A DNA stretch of 64,000 bases from Raillietiella orientalis (taxonomy: Eukaryota). A program made the position numbers and the translations under genes. The stretch is from positions 2,666,001 through 2,730,000 of the forward strand of contig JAYWIR010000009.1 in NCBI GenBank assembly GCA_036172245.1, in the 5' to 3' direction. Below the pieces are notes generated by a model. That model worked only from the letters and a program-made list of their open reading frames with translations, did not search any database and was not told the DNA's origin. Shown one piece after another: positions 13,561 to 26,150 of this stretch (position 1 is its first letter; every line of letters starts with the position of its first letter).

Positions 13561-14329
13561 ATCCTTTAGTGATGAGTGCATCAGTTTATCTCAAGCTCGC
13601 CAAAAATTCTTATCAGGCACAAAACATTTACGGAAGCTTATCCAAGAATAAGTTCCAGGAAGTCAGAATAGTTCGAGCTTCATCCCGAGTGAATTTCAAA
13701 ATCTTCTCCACTATAGGAGCGCCTCAGTTTGAATGACGTCAGGGGTGGACCTGACTAAGACAGCATCAGATCAGCATTTCTGCTCAGAACTTGAAAACCA
13801 ATAGGAGACGACGCGCTTTTTGCTTCCCACGTGAACAAAACCTTGGAAACTTCCTTCCTACTAGGAATTCCCGCCATCTGCGCGATTATAACGAATGCAT
13901 GTGACGATCGGATTTCAGACGTCCCTGGCGATGGTTCTCTCTGTGAGGGTTACCACTGGTGGGAAACCTCGGGAAAGGGGGACCCCTCCTCCACTTGAAG
14001 GAGAAGTTTCAGCAGGTTCTCTTGTTCGCTCTCCGAGCAGCACCAATTTGCACACCCAGCGCCGAGGTTTCAGAACAGTTTGCAGTCCGTTGTCTTGACA
14101 CGAGACCGAGGGTTGCCACGGACTCTGAAAAGAAGAATTTCATAAAAGACACGGTTGGCACAATTCTTCCGCAAGATCCCCGATACCCTTGCAAAGTTCT
14201 CTTGATCCCTGACAGATCCCTGCAGAGTCCTTCGCAAAAGTTCTCCTGATCGGCGACCAGGGAACGCAGGCGACCTGCCTCACGCTATTCACGTGCTGCT
14301 GCGCCTCGAAACGGCATGGATGGAAGCAT

Positions 14330-15400
14330 TTCGTCACAGAAACTGAGGTCGGCTGTAAAAGGTTTCTTTCACCTTCTCATACCTTCGCTGCCCTCTTTCC
14401 CCTTTGATGCTCCAGATAATAAATGCGCCTGGTAGGCAAGATAATTTCAATCAGGGGAATCGTTCTGCATCGAATTCATCGCATTATCTGCCAAATTTAA
14501 GTCCTCGAACTCTCCATTCAAATTTTACTCCGCCGCGGCTCGAATTTATTTTTGCTGAAGTAGATCTTCAGGAGCAATAAATCTGCACCCCTTGTCTCTT
14601 GATCAGCCATGCTTAAACGACGGAAACTGAATTTCCATCTGGAGCCCAACTATAAGCTGTCTCATGCACGAAAGCTCTGTGCCGCGTATTCCATTTCAGA
14701 GACCACATTTCAAGAGGGGCGTAGCCACACGTGAAATGGAGGCTTTTTTGGCGTGTACGTGTGTGTTGCGGGGAGGAGGGGAGGCAGGTGGTTCCCTGCC
14801 GCACTTTCTATCTGATCGTTGAGGACCTCAGAAAGGACGCTAAATTTTTCTCGACCATTCCGACTACTTCGGTGCTCCGTCCGAGAAGTCTTCGGGATCC
14901 ACGCGGAATCCTCAACGTCCGGCCTCGCTCTCGTTCCTTCCTGTCTCTTTAAGGAAATCCCACAGGTGATTTCCAGATCAACCTGTGCACCTCTTGGGTT
15001 CCTTTTCTCACCCGAGTCCCAAGTTCGCGCTCTGGTGGGAAGTGAGCCTGCGAGATCAGTCAGCAGACGCCCCAGTCTGCGCGTCTTCAGCTTCAGTTCC
15101 TGATCTTCGTTCCTTCCCAAACTCCAGCAAACAGTCCTCATCGTGGGTGTAGAACCACGTTCCCGATGGGCGCGTGGGTTTCCCCTGGCCTCCCGAGGGA
15201 CTTGGCACGGAGGTGGAAAAGGAAAAGCATCCTCAGAAAGCTGACTCTCCACCTGTGGTCGCGCCTGCTCAAGCGGTGAAGACCGATTCCTGGTCGCTCC
15301 ATGGAGAGAGTGGGAAGGTGATTGACTTCTTTGTCGACCATCTTCTTGGACTGCAGTGTCCTGTAGGACCTTTGGCGGAGACTCGCTTCTGCTAATCCGC
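14330..15400 (-). pseudogene. rep: Probable CRESS Rep, decayed
   Basis: TLQSKK (FxLQSK), RQKSLHFTCG (KQLYIxG), FEDLNL and CDEF (Walker B DEF), and KG...KKPF. Confidence 0.4.
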
Positions 15401-16829
15401 CATCCCGGAAGACATCTCTTTGGACTTTCTGCAGAGACTTTTCACGCAAGGAGGGCTCCGTGATGGAATTTCGTCCTCAGCGAAGGGAGGTTACCACCAT
15501 GGCAGCTGCCTTGAAGACTGCGAGGTGGTCTCAACCTGCAGAAAGAAGTTGCTTGGGAGATTGCCCTTATACACAGTTATATATTCTAGGAAGAAAGGAG
15601 TGACTGAAACCAAAGACCCCTGTCCCTTCGCTCTCGGCTCTTTTTTTACTTGCTTTTTTACTGCCTCCTCTCTACTGCCCCTGGCACACTTAGAAGTCTG
15701 CCCACGAGCTCGAGGACATACCTAGTAAACTTCCTTTTTTTGTAACCTACGTGTAACCTCTTTTTTTGAAAAAAAATAAAAATAAATGTCAGAAATCACT
15801 GGAACGTCATGTTTTGGGTTGCCTTGCAGCACTTCTCATCCTCCGATGCTTTGAAATCGACGGGGGGAAACGAGGCTGGGGGAGAGAACTCCCGTGTAAT
15901 CCAGGAGGTGAGATGGGAGCAGTGTCAGAAAAGGAAGACGTGAAAATTCAAAGGGGAGTCCCAAGACGGCCGCAATGTGCACTAGCTACTGGACCTCTCC
16001 CGTAAATGAGAAGGAAGGTAGCTTGTGTCCCTGGTAGCTCCCTTCCAGAACACGGCCGGGAAAGGGCGCCAACAGAAGACCGGATAACTCTGAAATCAAG
16101 AACCTGGGTGCCTCCCATGCGGGGGAAGCGAATAGAGTAAGACAAATCATTGGGAAACTCACTCCTGAGATGATGAGGTGACATCCAATCATCTCATGAG
16201 CAGCAGGGCGTGAGGGCAGAAAATGCCGAACCAGGAAAACCAAGCATGCCTCCTGGGAACTTGGCCCGGGTGCCAGGAGCGGCAGGATCCTTTCCATGGG
16301 ATCCATGAGAATGCAAAACCAAAAGTGCCTGCACCCTTCTGAATAGTGAAGAGCTGAAAGAACCGCCTTCCTGTTTGCTCCCAGGTTGGACTTCCAGCTG
16401 ATCGGCTTAAGCTGGTTTGCAGCGTTCTTGAAATCCGCTCGTGCCAAGTTTTCTGCCTTTGTCTGAAGCTGCTTCGATTCTGTCCTCTTCCGCGTAAATT
16501 ATCCTCTGGCAAATTCCATCACAGCGCCTTCTGTTTTCTTCTTCGTTTCCTGACACACAGAGATCAAAGCCTGTAGCGGCAGATGCGCTCCTGAACTTTC
16601 CTCGCTCGCGTTGTGCGCTTCATCTACGCGCTCTTTTGATGTTTCCCTCGAGCTCGCTCCCCCATCCTACCGACAAAAAGGTCCGAATGAGTCAACTTCC
16701 AGACTGCCGCTTCAGATCTCAGAGCTGAAAATGCGCTCCTCTTCCGCTATCGCGATCCAAGTAGGCATCGTAGGGGTGGCCTTGGAGTTCTCTGTTTGCT
16801 TTGCATAGGGAATCCCAGCCCCGAGACGA

Positions 16830-17720
16830 TGATGCAAAGTTGATTTTCACTGACGCTGATGCTTTGCGCTATGGAAGCCAATACCACTCAGTTCCTCCTC
16901 TCTTGAAAGGGTTGTGCGAGCCGACGTTCCTCTGTGGCTGCGTGCTAAGGGGTGCTTCAAATGGGTGGGTATGTCTCCAGTGTGGGTCACCCCACCTGCA
17001 GCATCGCATCTGCTTCCGTGCTTGCTTCTGAAGAAGCAGTCAAAAAGTGCTAAGGCTGATTTTAATGAGAATCTGCTTAAATAGATTGATCTTGTGGAAG
17101 AACACAGGCACCAAGCAAAGGGAGGAAAAGCAGTGAACATCTGAAGAGCGCACTTGGTTGCAGACTTCAGAGTGAGGAAACTGCTGAACCTGAAACAGAC
17201 TAACAGCAGCGCACGAATTCTCAGGTAATGGAAAACGGGGAAGGACGTAGTGGCCTGACCGCTGGTCTAATTTGGTGGAAATGGTCGTGAAATACGAGAA
17301 AACACATGTGAGGAATACACACAACCGCAGTAGAGGATGCTGGTCGTGGTGAAGCCAAAAACTAAGGTCCTAGGTTTGACTAGTCATGGTCCATTCTTCC
17401 TGATACCCTCACCTGCTTAGACCGGAAGGAAAAACTTTCCATGTCGTGAGGATCTTGAGGGATGTTGAATGGACTGAAACCAGATTTCCACTTGCAGGAA
17501 GGAAGTGGATGCCACATGCCCTCTTCAGGTCAAGATTTGCGCGGATCAATGAAGAGAGCATTCCAAAACACAGAATGGATGCTGGAAGGAGCAGGAATCT
17601 CATATTTCACAGGTGCTAGGAACTTCAGAATCACAACCAGCCAACCGGAATTCACTATGAAACTCGATCCAGAATCGCAGCAGCTCTGCAAAAGCAAATA
17701 CCAACGTGGACGATTCGAGT
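16830..17720 (+). pseudogene. rep: CRESS Rep (circovirus-like), decayed
   Basis: AKLIFT (motif I), CGSPHLQHRICF (GTPHLQGxIxF), KGRKSSEHL (QGxRxDL), KTKVLGL, and EGAGISYFTGARNFRITTSQP (KGxxxxFxAxxIxITSNxP). Confidence 0.6.
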
Positions 17721-18068
17721 TCAGCGGAACAGCCGAAACGTGGCATTTCTAGATTGAGGGGATTGAATTTTTTTTGCTCTGCGGATTCTGTGCTAGAGCA
17801 TTTTTCCTCCTTAACTGCAAATTAGAAAACCACTCCTTGCATCGTGCCTACTGTGTATGGAAATTGCTGATATGAATTTCCTCTAACAAGCATTCAACCA
17901 TCCCAACTTTTTGCCATTTATTGCTCACATATTATGCTAAAGGGGTTGCAATGTCGAAGAGATTCCTCACCTACTCCAGAATCCCTTCGTCCTTCCACCT
18001 CCTTTCCTGACGAGACAGTAGTTCAGAGGGCAACCTCATCCTGGCAGGTAGTCAATCTTGTGCTTCCA

Positions 18069-18096
18069 GTGTGTGTGTGTGTGTGTGTGTGTGTGT
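18069..18096. repeat. (GT)n microsatellite
   Basis: Direct reading. Confidence 0.95.
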
Positions 18097-18899
18097 CGGG
18101 ATGCATCATGCTCGAGCACGCCCGACTTCCCTGCTGATGCTCTCCACCTTTTCGCCAGGAATTCTGGACATTCTCGTCATGCGATCGTAGACCAACGATC
18201 GCTCGCGTAGACGCCGCTGTCGAGAAAGAACATCCTTAGCACCTTCTCTGTCTTGTCACCTCGGGAACCACCGTTTCCACTCGCATACGCCGGGTCGTTT
18301 CTTTCAGAAATACGGAGGAATAAAGAGAACACGTGGATCAGTAGACCCACTGGTCCACGGAAGCCGAGAGGAGGAGAGGAAGAAAATTACCGACTGGCAT
18401 CCTGGCTACGCAAAAAAGGCGGGGTGTGTGTAAGGAACAGAGGTCACCGGTCATGCCCGCCGTGCCTTACATCCCTTCTTGCTGATATTCTTTAAAAATA
18501 TTGGTAAAAGGCCACGTTCTTCATTGCTGCAGAGTAGACGCGTGTGGCCTTCCTTCCGGGCCGACGCACTTCCTGCGTGTTCTGGGAAGCCACAGCCTGA
18601 CCCAACGCAGGTTTGGTCGATCAGAGAAGCAGGCGGAGAGCCCCGCCCCATCTGAAGCAGCGCCGCAGCAGCTCATCCGGGGTCGAAGAACCGCAGCAGA
18701 GACGTTTTCTTGAGCTACGAAGCCCATCCTATCCCAGCAGCAGGTGCACGGAAGCTTCCACTCCCCCGCAGTTGCAGCAGATCGGAGCAGTCGAAAAGGA
18801 ATGAGCTAGATCCCAGGAGCCATCACAGAGTTCTTCTAGGGGTCAGGCGGCGTCCAGAATGATCGCTCTTCCGCTGTTCTGGAGCTCGAAATCCGATTC

Positions 18900-19720
18900 C
18901 AGTTAGCAATGCTTTTTCAGAAAGAATTGGATGGTAGTTGCTTCCCAGGTGGAAGCGCACGTGAGTCTACCGGAAGAGGGGAGGAGGAAAAGGAAAAGGC
19001 GCGACTCCACGAATTGCCCGTCGCTCACCTTTGCGTGCAAAGAGTAGTGGCAGAATTGCAGGGAATCCACCTTTCCTTTCAGAACATTAACTTTCCTGCA
19101 ATTCCACTGTCCACAGACCTTGCTTGCCAAGCTGGTCAGCGGGGGGTTTCCATTTGGAGAACAAAGCCACCGTAAACGGAGGAACGTAGGAAACGGGCGC
19201 ACTCTTCGCGCCGCATGGCAACCTCATCTCACTTTTCCATTGGCTTTTGGAGCTCGAAAATCAAAAGTCGTGAGTGAGAGCGCATCTTGAATACTGAGTC
19301 CATGATGTGCTTTGGAAGATCTACTGCGCACCCCTTCAGTTCTATCGGTAGCCTCTTTGCCATCAGGCTTTTGCTGAGCGCGAGAAGAGACGGTGGTTCG
19401 GCTGCAAGGAGAGCGTTTTCACAGCTCCAGGGATCACTTCGCTGCTGATGTCATCTCTCTCATAGGATATGCTAAGAAATGGCCTTGACTGATGGAGGGT
19501 GCCCCTTGGAATGCTGGAAAAACCGCTATGAAAACGCTTCCGATTCCACCTTCCTTTGACCTCTCTTGGTGCGCAGACCCTTGATATGCCACTGTGAGCC
19601 CACCTACATTTCTGTCTTTTTTTCTTTCCATCTCTACGACAAGACCATCTTCTCCCTGACATGTGATCTGACCTCCTTGGACTCACCTCCGATGCGATGG
19701 GACATCCCTACCATGCAGAA
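18900..19720 (-). pseudogene. rep: CRESS Rep (nanovirus/alphasatellite-like helicase style), decayed
   Basis: NVGGLTVAYQG (EVGxxGxxHxQG) and FLAYPMRE (motif III) in 19434-19631(-). RWLCSPNGNPPLTSLA (RxIxWxxDxxGNxGKT) and HYSLHAKVSDGQFVES (YxxLExxKDGxxxSxK) in 18903-19202(-). Confidence 0.65.
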
Positions 19721-19829
19721 AAGTGAGCGCATGAGTTCAGAGAAGGAAGATCTCGCTGCTCAGCCTCAGTTTGCTTGAGCGTAGCCGGCAGCGCAAGTCC
19801 GCAACTGTCCGGATGTCGGTGGGAAACGA

Positions 19830-20760
19830 AAGCTCTTGAAGAGCCGTCCATGCCACCCGTGTGTGTGTGTAGCTCTTCAAGTCATAGGGGGTATCCCCGG
19901 AGGGACCATCGCATGTAACCAGGAAGGGCTCCCGAGGAAGGAATTCGTTCCTTTTGCGGTTGGTATGAAACTCCAAAGAAAACCCTCGCCCTCGTTGCCT
20001 CCGAAGGGGACCGAGAAAGGATCCGCTCCTGGAATTTCTTCCCCGGAGGAAACCTGCAAGGGAACCGCTCCTTGTTTTCTCCTCTGAAGAGAATCCTGAA
20101 GCGGGCTGCTGACACTCTGAAGAAGCAACTCCCCAAGGTGGGGAGTTGCTTCAACCAGCTCTATGGTACAGGACCGAGGTTCGCCCCTGAGGGAAAAGAT
20201 GGCTCCATTTTCACAACCGGAGAGAACCTCTTACTTATTCTCTCCGGAGAAACATTTCTGTTTTTTCTGAGAAGAGAACCCGGAATGAATCCAATCCTGG
20301 GGTTTCTACTCCGGAGGGACCCCTTGGATAAAATCCTCTCCTGGTTTCCTCCTCTGAAGAGAACCCTGGAGGGACGCACTCCTATTTCTCTGGAGGACGC
20401 TCCCCGAAGGGAACAGCGCGCTTATTAACACTCTAGAGAGGTGCTATCAACCCACCAGCTCCGTGGTACAAGATGAGGGATCTCTCCTCGAGTGGAAAAG
20501 CGGCTCCATTTGCACAACCGGAAAGAGCCCCGAAAGGCTCCGTGATGTCCTGGGAAAACCACGGAGGATCGACTTCCAGTCCCAGCCGGTCAACGGGGGC
20601 ATTCGGCTTCCAACAGCGTCATCCTACGGGGAAACTCGGAACTCACGACCCACCCATTTCTGGGCGTCCATCCTTCCCAGGGTGGGATTCGAACCCGCGA
20701 CCCCCGATGCCACGCGGACGCCATCGTGGGCCACAGGAAGAAACGCGTTTCCTGGAAACG
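19830..20760 (-). mobile_element. tRNA-headed SINE, near full length (~1 kb)
   Basis: Minus strand gggtcgcgggttcgaatcccacc with Pol III B box GGTTCGAATCC (20685-20695), a body shared with other copies, and the cttgaagag...gggtggc 3' module. Confidence 0.75.
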
Positions 20761-20849
20761 TGAGCTCTTCCTGGAGTCCTCGGACACCCCAGTGACTATG
20801 TTCACCCTCAGAAGTTGCCCGGCACGTGTGCGAGTGCTGCACCCATCCA

Positions 20850-21650
20850 TCACAAATCCGAAGAGTCGGAAGCGAATGGAACTCTTGTCAAGGGTGGGTA
20901 TTGAGGTCTGCCACGTGAATCGCGGGCTGGGCACTCAGTAGGGAGGAACCGCTGGTTCCAGGAAGCGCAGTGGGAAAAGAAATCGTGGAAAAGCACTTGA
21001 TCTGCGGAAAAAAATAAAAAATAAAGTGGCCTTTGCATTCGTCCCTTGCAGCAAACTTGTGCGCTTCCTGATCCTGTCGTCCTTACGTCCGAAGCACTCG
21101 TTTAGCTTCCAGGGATTTGCTTCCTTTGACTTTTTGACCGTTCGGGAAGCCAACGGGCGGCAAGGATTTCGCATGCAGCCGGAACTCATTGATCAGCTGG
21201 CCGAGCTATGAGCGTAAATCAAACCTCGAGCGGGTCGGCGATCCCACGGTGAACCCGGTCCCAAACGGGATGCATGATAATCCGGGAAGATGCAAAGCCC
21301 GATGACGCTCTTCCTGATCCGCGAACTCTTTCTTGGGTTCGCCTGATCTTTCTTCGTGTACCAGTCGACTGCGAAACACGAGCCAATGAGCTGGAAGCTT
21401 CCTTCAGCGGGGGTTCCCGCGACGCTCCATGCAAAAGTGCTTCTTGCATCACTGGAGAGGTGAGCCAAGACTCGAAGAATGGATAAAGCGCGGCTAATGG
21501 CACAGAAGAATCCACCTCCTCAGATCTTGCATGCGCTTAACATGGGCGTCATCCTCGTGACCGATGAAGCATGAAGGAACGCAAATAAATAGAAGGCGAA
21601 TCCAAACCCTACATTAGTCGCTCCAATCTCCCTGGCTACACGTGCCTCCT
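20850..21650 (-). pseudogene. rep: CRESS Rep, decayed
   Basis: FIGHEDDAHVKRMQD (IxGxExxxxxxHxQG), AVDWYTKKD (motif III), DQVLFHDF (Walker B) and PQYP (DRYP). Confidence 0.5.
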
Positions 21651-21689
21651 GAAATGGATATTGCAAAGAAACGACACTCCGTTTCAGGA

Positions 21690-22500
21690 TGCGTTTCGCG
21701 GAGATTTATGAAATTAAACGAATGGCCATCCATGATCGCTCTTAAATAATGCATGGAAAAAAGGGGGAAAAAACGTGTGTGTGGTGGTATCTGAGCTGCT
21801 TGGCCGACAGTGGCTCGAGAAACTCTCAGATTCTCATCACGAACGCTTCGAGCGCCTCTATTTGGAACGAAGTTCGCTATGCTGATTCAATTTCAACTTG
21901 TCGCCATAATCTCCACTTAATCCCCAATTCGGTAAGTTGTTCTTGGATCAGGAAGAAGGGGACCAGCGTGAGCGCAGCTGATTAATTAAAAATCCGAGTA
22001 ATTCCGGTCCTCGAGCAGTGGGACTCCTCCGACCACGGTTTTCGCGGGCGAGGAGAGCCCCCCGGCGAGGTGTCGGGCTCGCCGTGAGATGGCGAGGCAA
22101 AGCAACGGTGCCGTCCGGCTCTCCGACAACTCGAACCGACCGCCAGATGGATCCCCGCGCGCAAGACACCGAGATGGTGGCTCGGTGATCCCGGAACCTG
22201 CATGTCTCCGAATCCGTGTGGTTTCCTGGTAGAAACCGCTCTAGACAGGGGTGGTGGTAATGCGCATCTCCGATGCTTATTACACTGGCTATGAAGCAGA
22301 AAAGTGGTTCAAGCTAGAGGACATCCATTCGAGAACTAAGTAAGAACCTATGAGAAATCACGATTCCATACCAAATGGATGTTGTCCTTCAAGGAGGGAA
22401 AAAGGGTTCTCCTAAATCATCTTCAATGGTTTTCACCTCGAAAGCAGAAAGACACGTTTGTTTGAGCACCCTGAGTGATTGATTTTCAGAAACGGACCTT
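21690..22500 (+). pseudogene. rep: CRESS Rep (circovirus-like), decayed
   Basis: SRRFMKLNEW (motif I), LADSGSRNSQILI (motif II), VWFPGRNRS (Walker A region), YTGYEAEKWFKLEDI (DGYxGxxxxxxDD) and PYQMDVVLQGG (YPxxVExKGG), in order. Confidence 0.65.
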
Positions 22501-22647
22501 TTCCTGGTCAGCTCTTGGCTTCAGTTGCAACGAAAGGTTGCGCCAGTCGGGCAAAAAAAACAGGAATTAAGGGATGTCCAGGGATCAGGAGGCCACGTTG
22601 AGTCGGATGTCTTGCGGTCGCAGTCGGTTCCCAAAAGGCATTCGATT

Positions 22648-23560
22648 TTCACCCAGGTCGCCGGGACGTTTATTTAAAAAATAAAGTTTTTACAGATACT
22701 GTGGCTGGTCCAGTGATCCAGCCCCGCCCAAAGAGACAGCACAGAGCCTGCCGGGTCACCGGTTCGCAGACCGGTACGGTCCACCGCGGCAGCAGGGGGA
22801 GGGGGAACAAACAAAAAAACCAAAACAAAAAACCAAAAGAAAACGTGGGAGGCTGCGGGAAGGGATCACTATTGCTGCCGAGAGGCTGTTGCATCCTTCA
22901 CAGGATTCCGGAAAGCTTTTTCTGTATTTCTGTATCCAGGTGGGGTCATCGCATCGCCCTCTCCAGGAATTGGGAGGCGCACTGGATGGCACCCTTATCG
23001 TGGGATCCTCCCGTTGCCTTGCTCCATGCGGCGACGATCCCGCGTAGGCAGCACAGGGCTGCTAACGAGGCCGCAGGCCGGAGGGCGTCGGCAACGAAGA
23101 GAGCCTTCAATGCGTCCCTGTGGTTGCCGCAGGGGATTCCGATGGCCGTGGCAAAGCGTAGCCAAAGGGGCCGAAGGGCAATACAAACCACAAGGAGGTG
23201 GGGGAGGGACTCCCGTTTCCCACACCTAACACAATTAGGGTTCACCGCTGCCCAGGTTCAGGTCCCTCCCAGAGAAGGAGTGCTCCAGAGAGATCATCTC
23301 AGGATGGGGTGTGCATCTCTGAGACACTTCAGCTCTTCGACGTGCACCCACAGGAACCTTTCAAACCCATGTCTTCCAAGATTTCCAGTTGCCTCCTTGC
23401 TTGCGATCCTCTGCCACGTGAGACCAGCGCTGCCACCAAACCGGTGTGGCCGTCATTCCCAGAAGCGGTTTCCAACGTCCATCGTCCTCCATTCCAAGGA
23501 TGGGGGGATACCCCATTCTGGAATTGGATCACAAAGGGTGACTGTGTGCAGACCAAACCA
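22648..23560 (-). mobile_element. 5'-truncated L1/Tx1 LINE
   Basis: NPNCVRCGKRESLPHLLVVCIALRPLW (zf-RVT-like CxxC-H-C); the 3' tail motif lies at 22648-22685. Confidence 0.85.
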
Positions 23561-23829
23561 ACACCAGTAAACGCACTCTCCACCCGACGCAGACTCCCGG
23601 AATCCTATCGAGTAGCATGTGCCCGGTACACCTCATCCTATACTTATTTTTTCATTCATTGTCCCTCCCTATTCTCTTGCCACGCGTCCCCGGCGAGGAA
23701 TGTCTCCTTGGCTTCCCACTTGCACATGTCGATTTTTTTTTCCCACTGCATCGATTTTATTCGTCCATGTTGATATCCAGACGATCCGGGATTCGAAACT
23801 CACCCCAAGTTTATTTGAAAAAATAAGCA

Positions 23830-24120
23830 AACATGCGAGAATAAGGAACGGAGTTCTCTATGGGAGGAGGTACAAAGAGAGAGGAAGGAGAATCTCATCG
23901 AGGAGGGCTCGCTGACCCACAGGTCAGCAAGGCAACAACAGTAAAGTCCTGCATTCTTGGAGGAAGGAGAGCGACCACAACGAGTTCGCAGCCTCACCCT
24001 CACAGCCTCGAGCCCGCGCAAGTTGCTGGAGGTCTTCCTGTAGACTGCCCGATCCAGAGTAGTCCATCTGGATGCCTGTCCTCAGGAAAGCCACTTCTTT
24101 CTATTGTAGGAAATTAAATA
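23830..24120 (+). pseudogene. rep: CRESS Rep HUH endonuclease fragment
   Basis: RNGVLY (RNWxFT), CILGGRRATTTSSQPH (YxIxGxExAPTTGxPH), HLDAC (HLE) and FYCRK (YCxK) near 24100-24113. Confidence 0.6.
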
Positions 24121-24429
24121 AGTAAATTGCATGCCATGTTGCCATGAGGAAAATTTCGCTTTGCGTTTCTTTTCTCGTTATTTCTTGTTCTTTTTCAGCC
24201 ACTTCCTCTTTTGCCGTCTCCTTTCTTCTATTATAACGTCTAGTATGATGGGAGGAGGCGCAGGTAACGAGGTATTGGTCAGTCTTGAGGTTCTCTGGAA
24301 CTTGCTGAATTCCTGAACATCTTGCTCGTCTCTTCTCTTTTGGCGACCTCGACATTCTTCCCGTTCGAAAAAAGCCCAAAATACGGACAGTGTCCTCCAG
24401 CAACTCGAATCCTTAACGTAGGAACCACG

Positions 24430-25340
24430 AATGCTCCACAACCTTGATAGCATCCACCCTGGAAGTGTGCCCGGAAATAATCCGCCGTCTGCGACCCTCT
24501 CTGTCCCTCGGGACTGGACGAACTGATGGCTCACAGACGTCACGCCACTTGCCGCAGAGCTATCTGCCCTCAAGGCAACCGGCATCAGTAGTCTGCCGGC
24601 AGGGTGGGAGACCATCCTCATCCTTGAGCAAGTCTCGAAACCGAAAGCAGGGCCGGAAGAGGAGCGAGCGGGTGAAAGACGCCACTCCTCCGGTCGGAGG
24701 GACTCCGGTGGAGCGAGCTGTCGAACGTGTCCCCGAAGAACTCGCCATCCCTGCTTTGCGCCTCAACACTTCGGTGTTCCCCTTTGGGCTGAAACGGGAT
24801 GCGCTGCTGCTGTTTCTGCGACGATGCTTCCAGAGAAGATGTCCCGTCCCCAAGGAAGTTGGATTCTCAACTCGTTCGAGTTGGAGTCGCCATTGGACTG
24901 CAGCGCCCTCCGGGAACTTCGGCGGAAGCTGGCTTCAGCACTCCCGCACGCCGGCGTCAGAGCCAGGGATTTGCTACGGCGATCCTTCGCGCGCGGCGGA
25001 CTGTCTGCAGGTGCCATAATTGCAAGGACATGTTGCATCTGCGGCATCGGGATAGCTCGCCGTGTGCTGGAGTGTCGGGAGCAGGCAGGGTAGGTCGCCT
25101 GCGTGGCAGACGCCGCCTACAAGAGGATGGCCGCGAGGTGACCTCGACCTTCAGGAAGAAATGAATCCTGCCATTCAGCGCAGTTTCTAAGAAGGAACCA
25201 GCCACCATGGATTCCTTCTCCATCCTCCTTTTTTCCAGTTATTTATTACCCCTTCCTCTGCACTCCTGTAAACCCTTCCTTGGAACTTTTTTATTGTTTT
25301 CTGGGAACTCAGTTCTCACCGACTCGTGTGTTTGTTCATT
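24430..25340 (+). mobile_element. L1/Tx1 LINE 3' fragment
   Basis: Similar to the 39075-39900 and 50130-51180 copies (gaggatggccgcgaggtgacctc-like ORF end, T-rich UTR). Confidence 0.6.
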
Positions 25341-25399
25341 TTTCAAGTGAATTTCCGGGTTCGTCGAGTTGATGCGCGCACAAGAAACTGGACGCTGTA

Positions 25400-26150
25400 T
25401 GGGAAAATCTGCAAGTTTCAGACGGGATGGTGACCTCCATATCGGTTCAAATTTAGGAGCACCGTATCCCTCTTAGAGTAAGGTCTTCGGAAACCTCGAT
25501 CGCAAATCTGAGCTGATGAGCAAAAGCGAAAGCAGGATTAGCTCCGGGAGCCAAGAGCCCGTGTGCATCTCGCTTGAGGCGTGCTACAAAGTGGCATCCC
25601 AGCTGAGTGGAAGGAAAGGTGCATTCGACCTCCAGAATCATCATCTGCGATCCTTTCGTCTTTTATCTACTCGTTACTCATTGCTCTTAGGGAATCCCGG
25701 GTGAGACTCAGATAGGAACAGGCTTGATCTTCTGCCGGTTTCTATGGTGATTGTGCCGCCATAGAGTGTTTTGTTATGAAAGCTCTTCTCAAGTGCGCTT
25801 TTCCTGCCTTTGCAGATATTCCCGAGGAATCAGGAGAAGCAAGGAAATGACGCCGCTTCTTGTTTGCGCTGGGCGTTGCTCTGTTCTGTTCGAATGAAGC
25901 CCCGGAATAGGAGTCACTGACTGTCCGTGGAGCCGCAGTTCGAAAGAGCAGCAAGTCTTCCCCTGTTTCGAAAGGTCTGTTTCCATATTCAGGCTTTATT
26001 TCTTGCGGTCCATTTTTCAGCCTGAAGCGAACAGCAGCGTTATTCACTCCAGTGACCCTGCTGGCTTCTTCTTCATGTGCTATGGATTGTAATATGGATC
26101 CTCTTCAGGCTGAAACAAATGTTGGTCTTCCACCGTCCTTCCAATTACAC
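25400..26150 (-). pseudogene. rep: Possible CRESS Rep, decayed
   Basis: EEEASRVTG, TGRRSSL (QGxRxDL) and LLNLNRY (LLxLxDRY). Confidence 0.3.

Noticed and set aside
13467..13736. MULE transposase SWIM finger (CKAGTLQTFGYPIAALHALA)
   Set aside because: The Cys ligands are missing, and an overlapping frame gives three ordered Rep helicase motifs, which fit better.
20676..20750. tRNA gene
   Set aside because: Only the T-arm and B box are recognisable, there is no cloverleaf, and it is attached to a SINE body.
25513..25545. Hammerhead ribozyme core ctgatgagcaaaagcgaaa
   Set aside because: Stem II is only 2 bp, and stems I and III and the NUH site do not pair in register.
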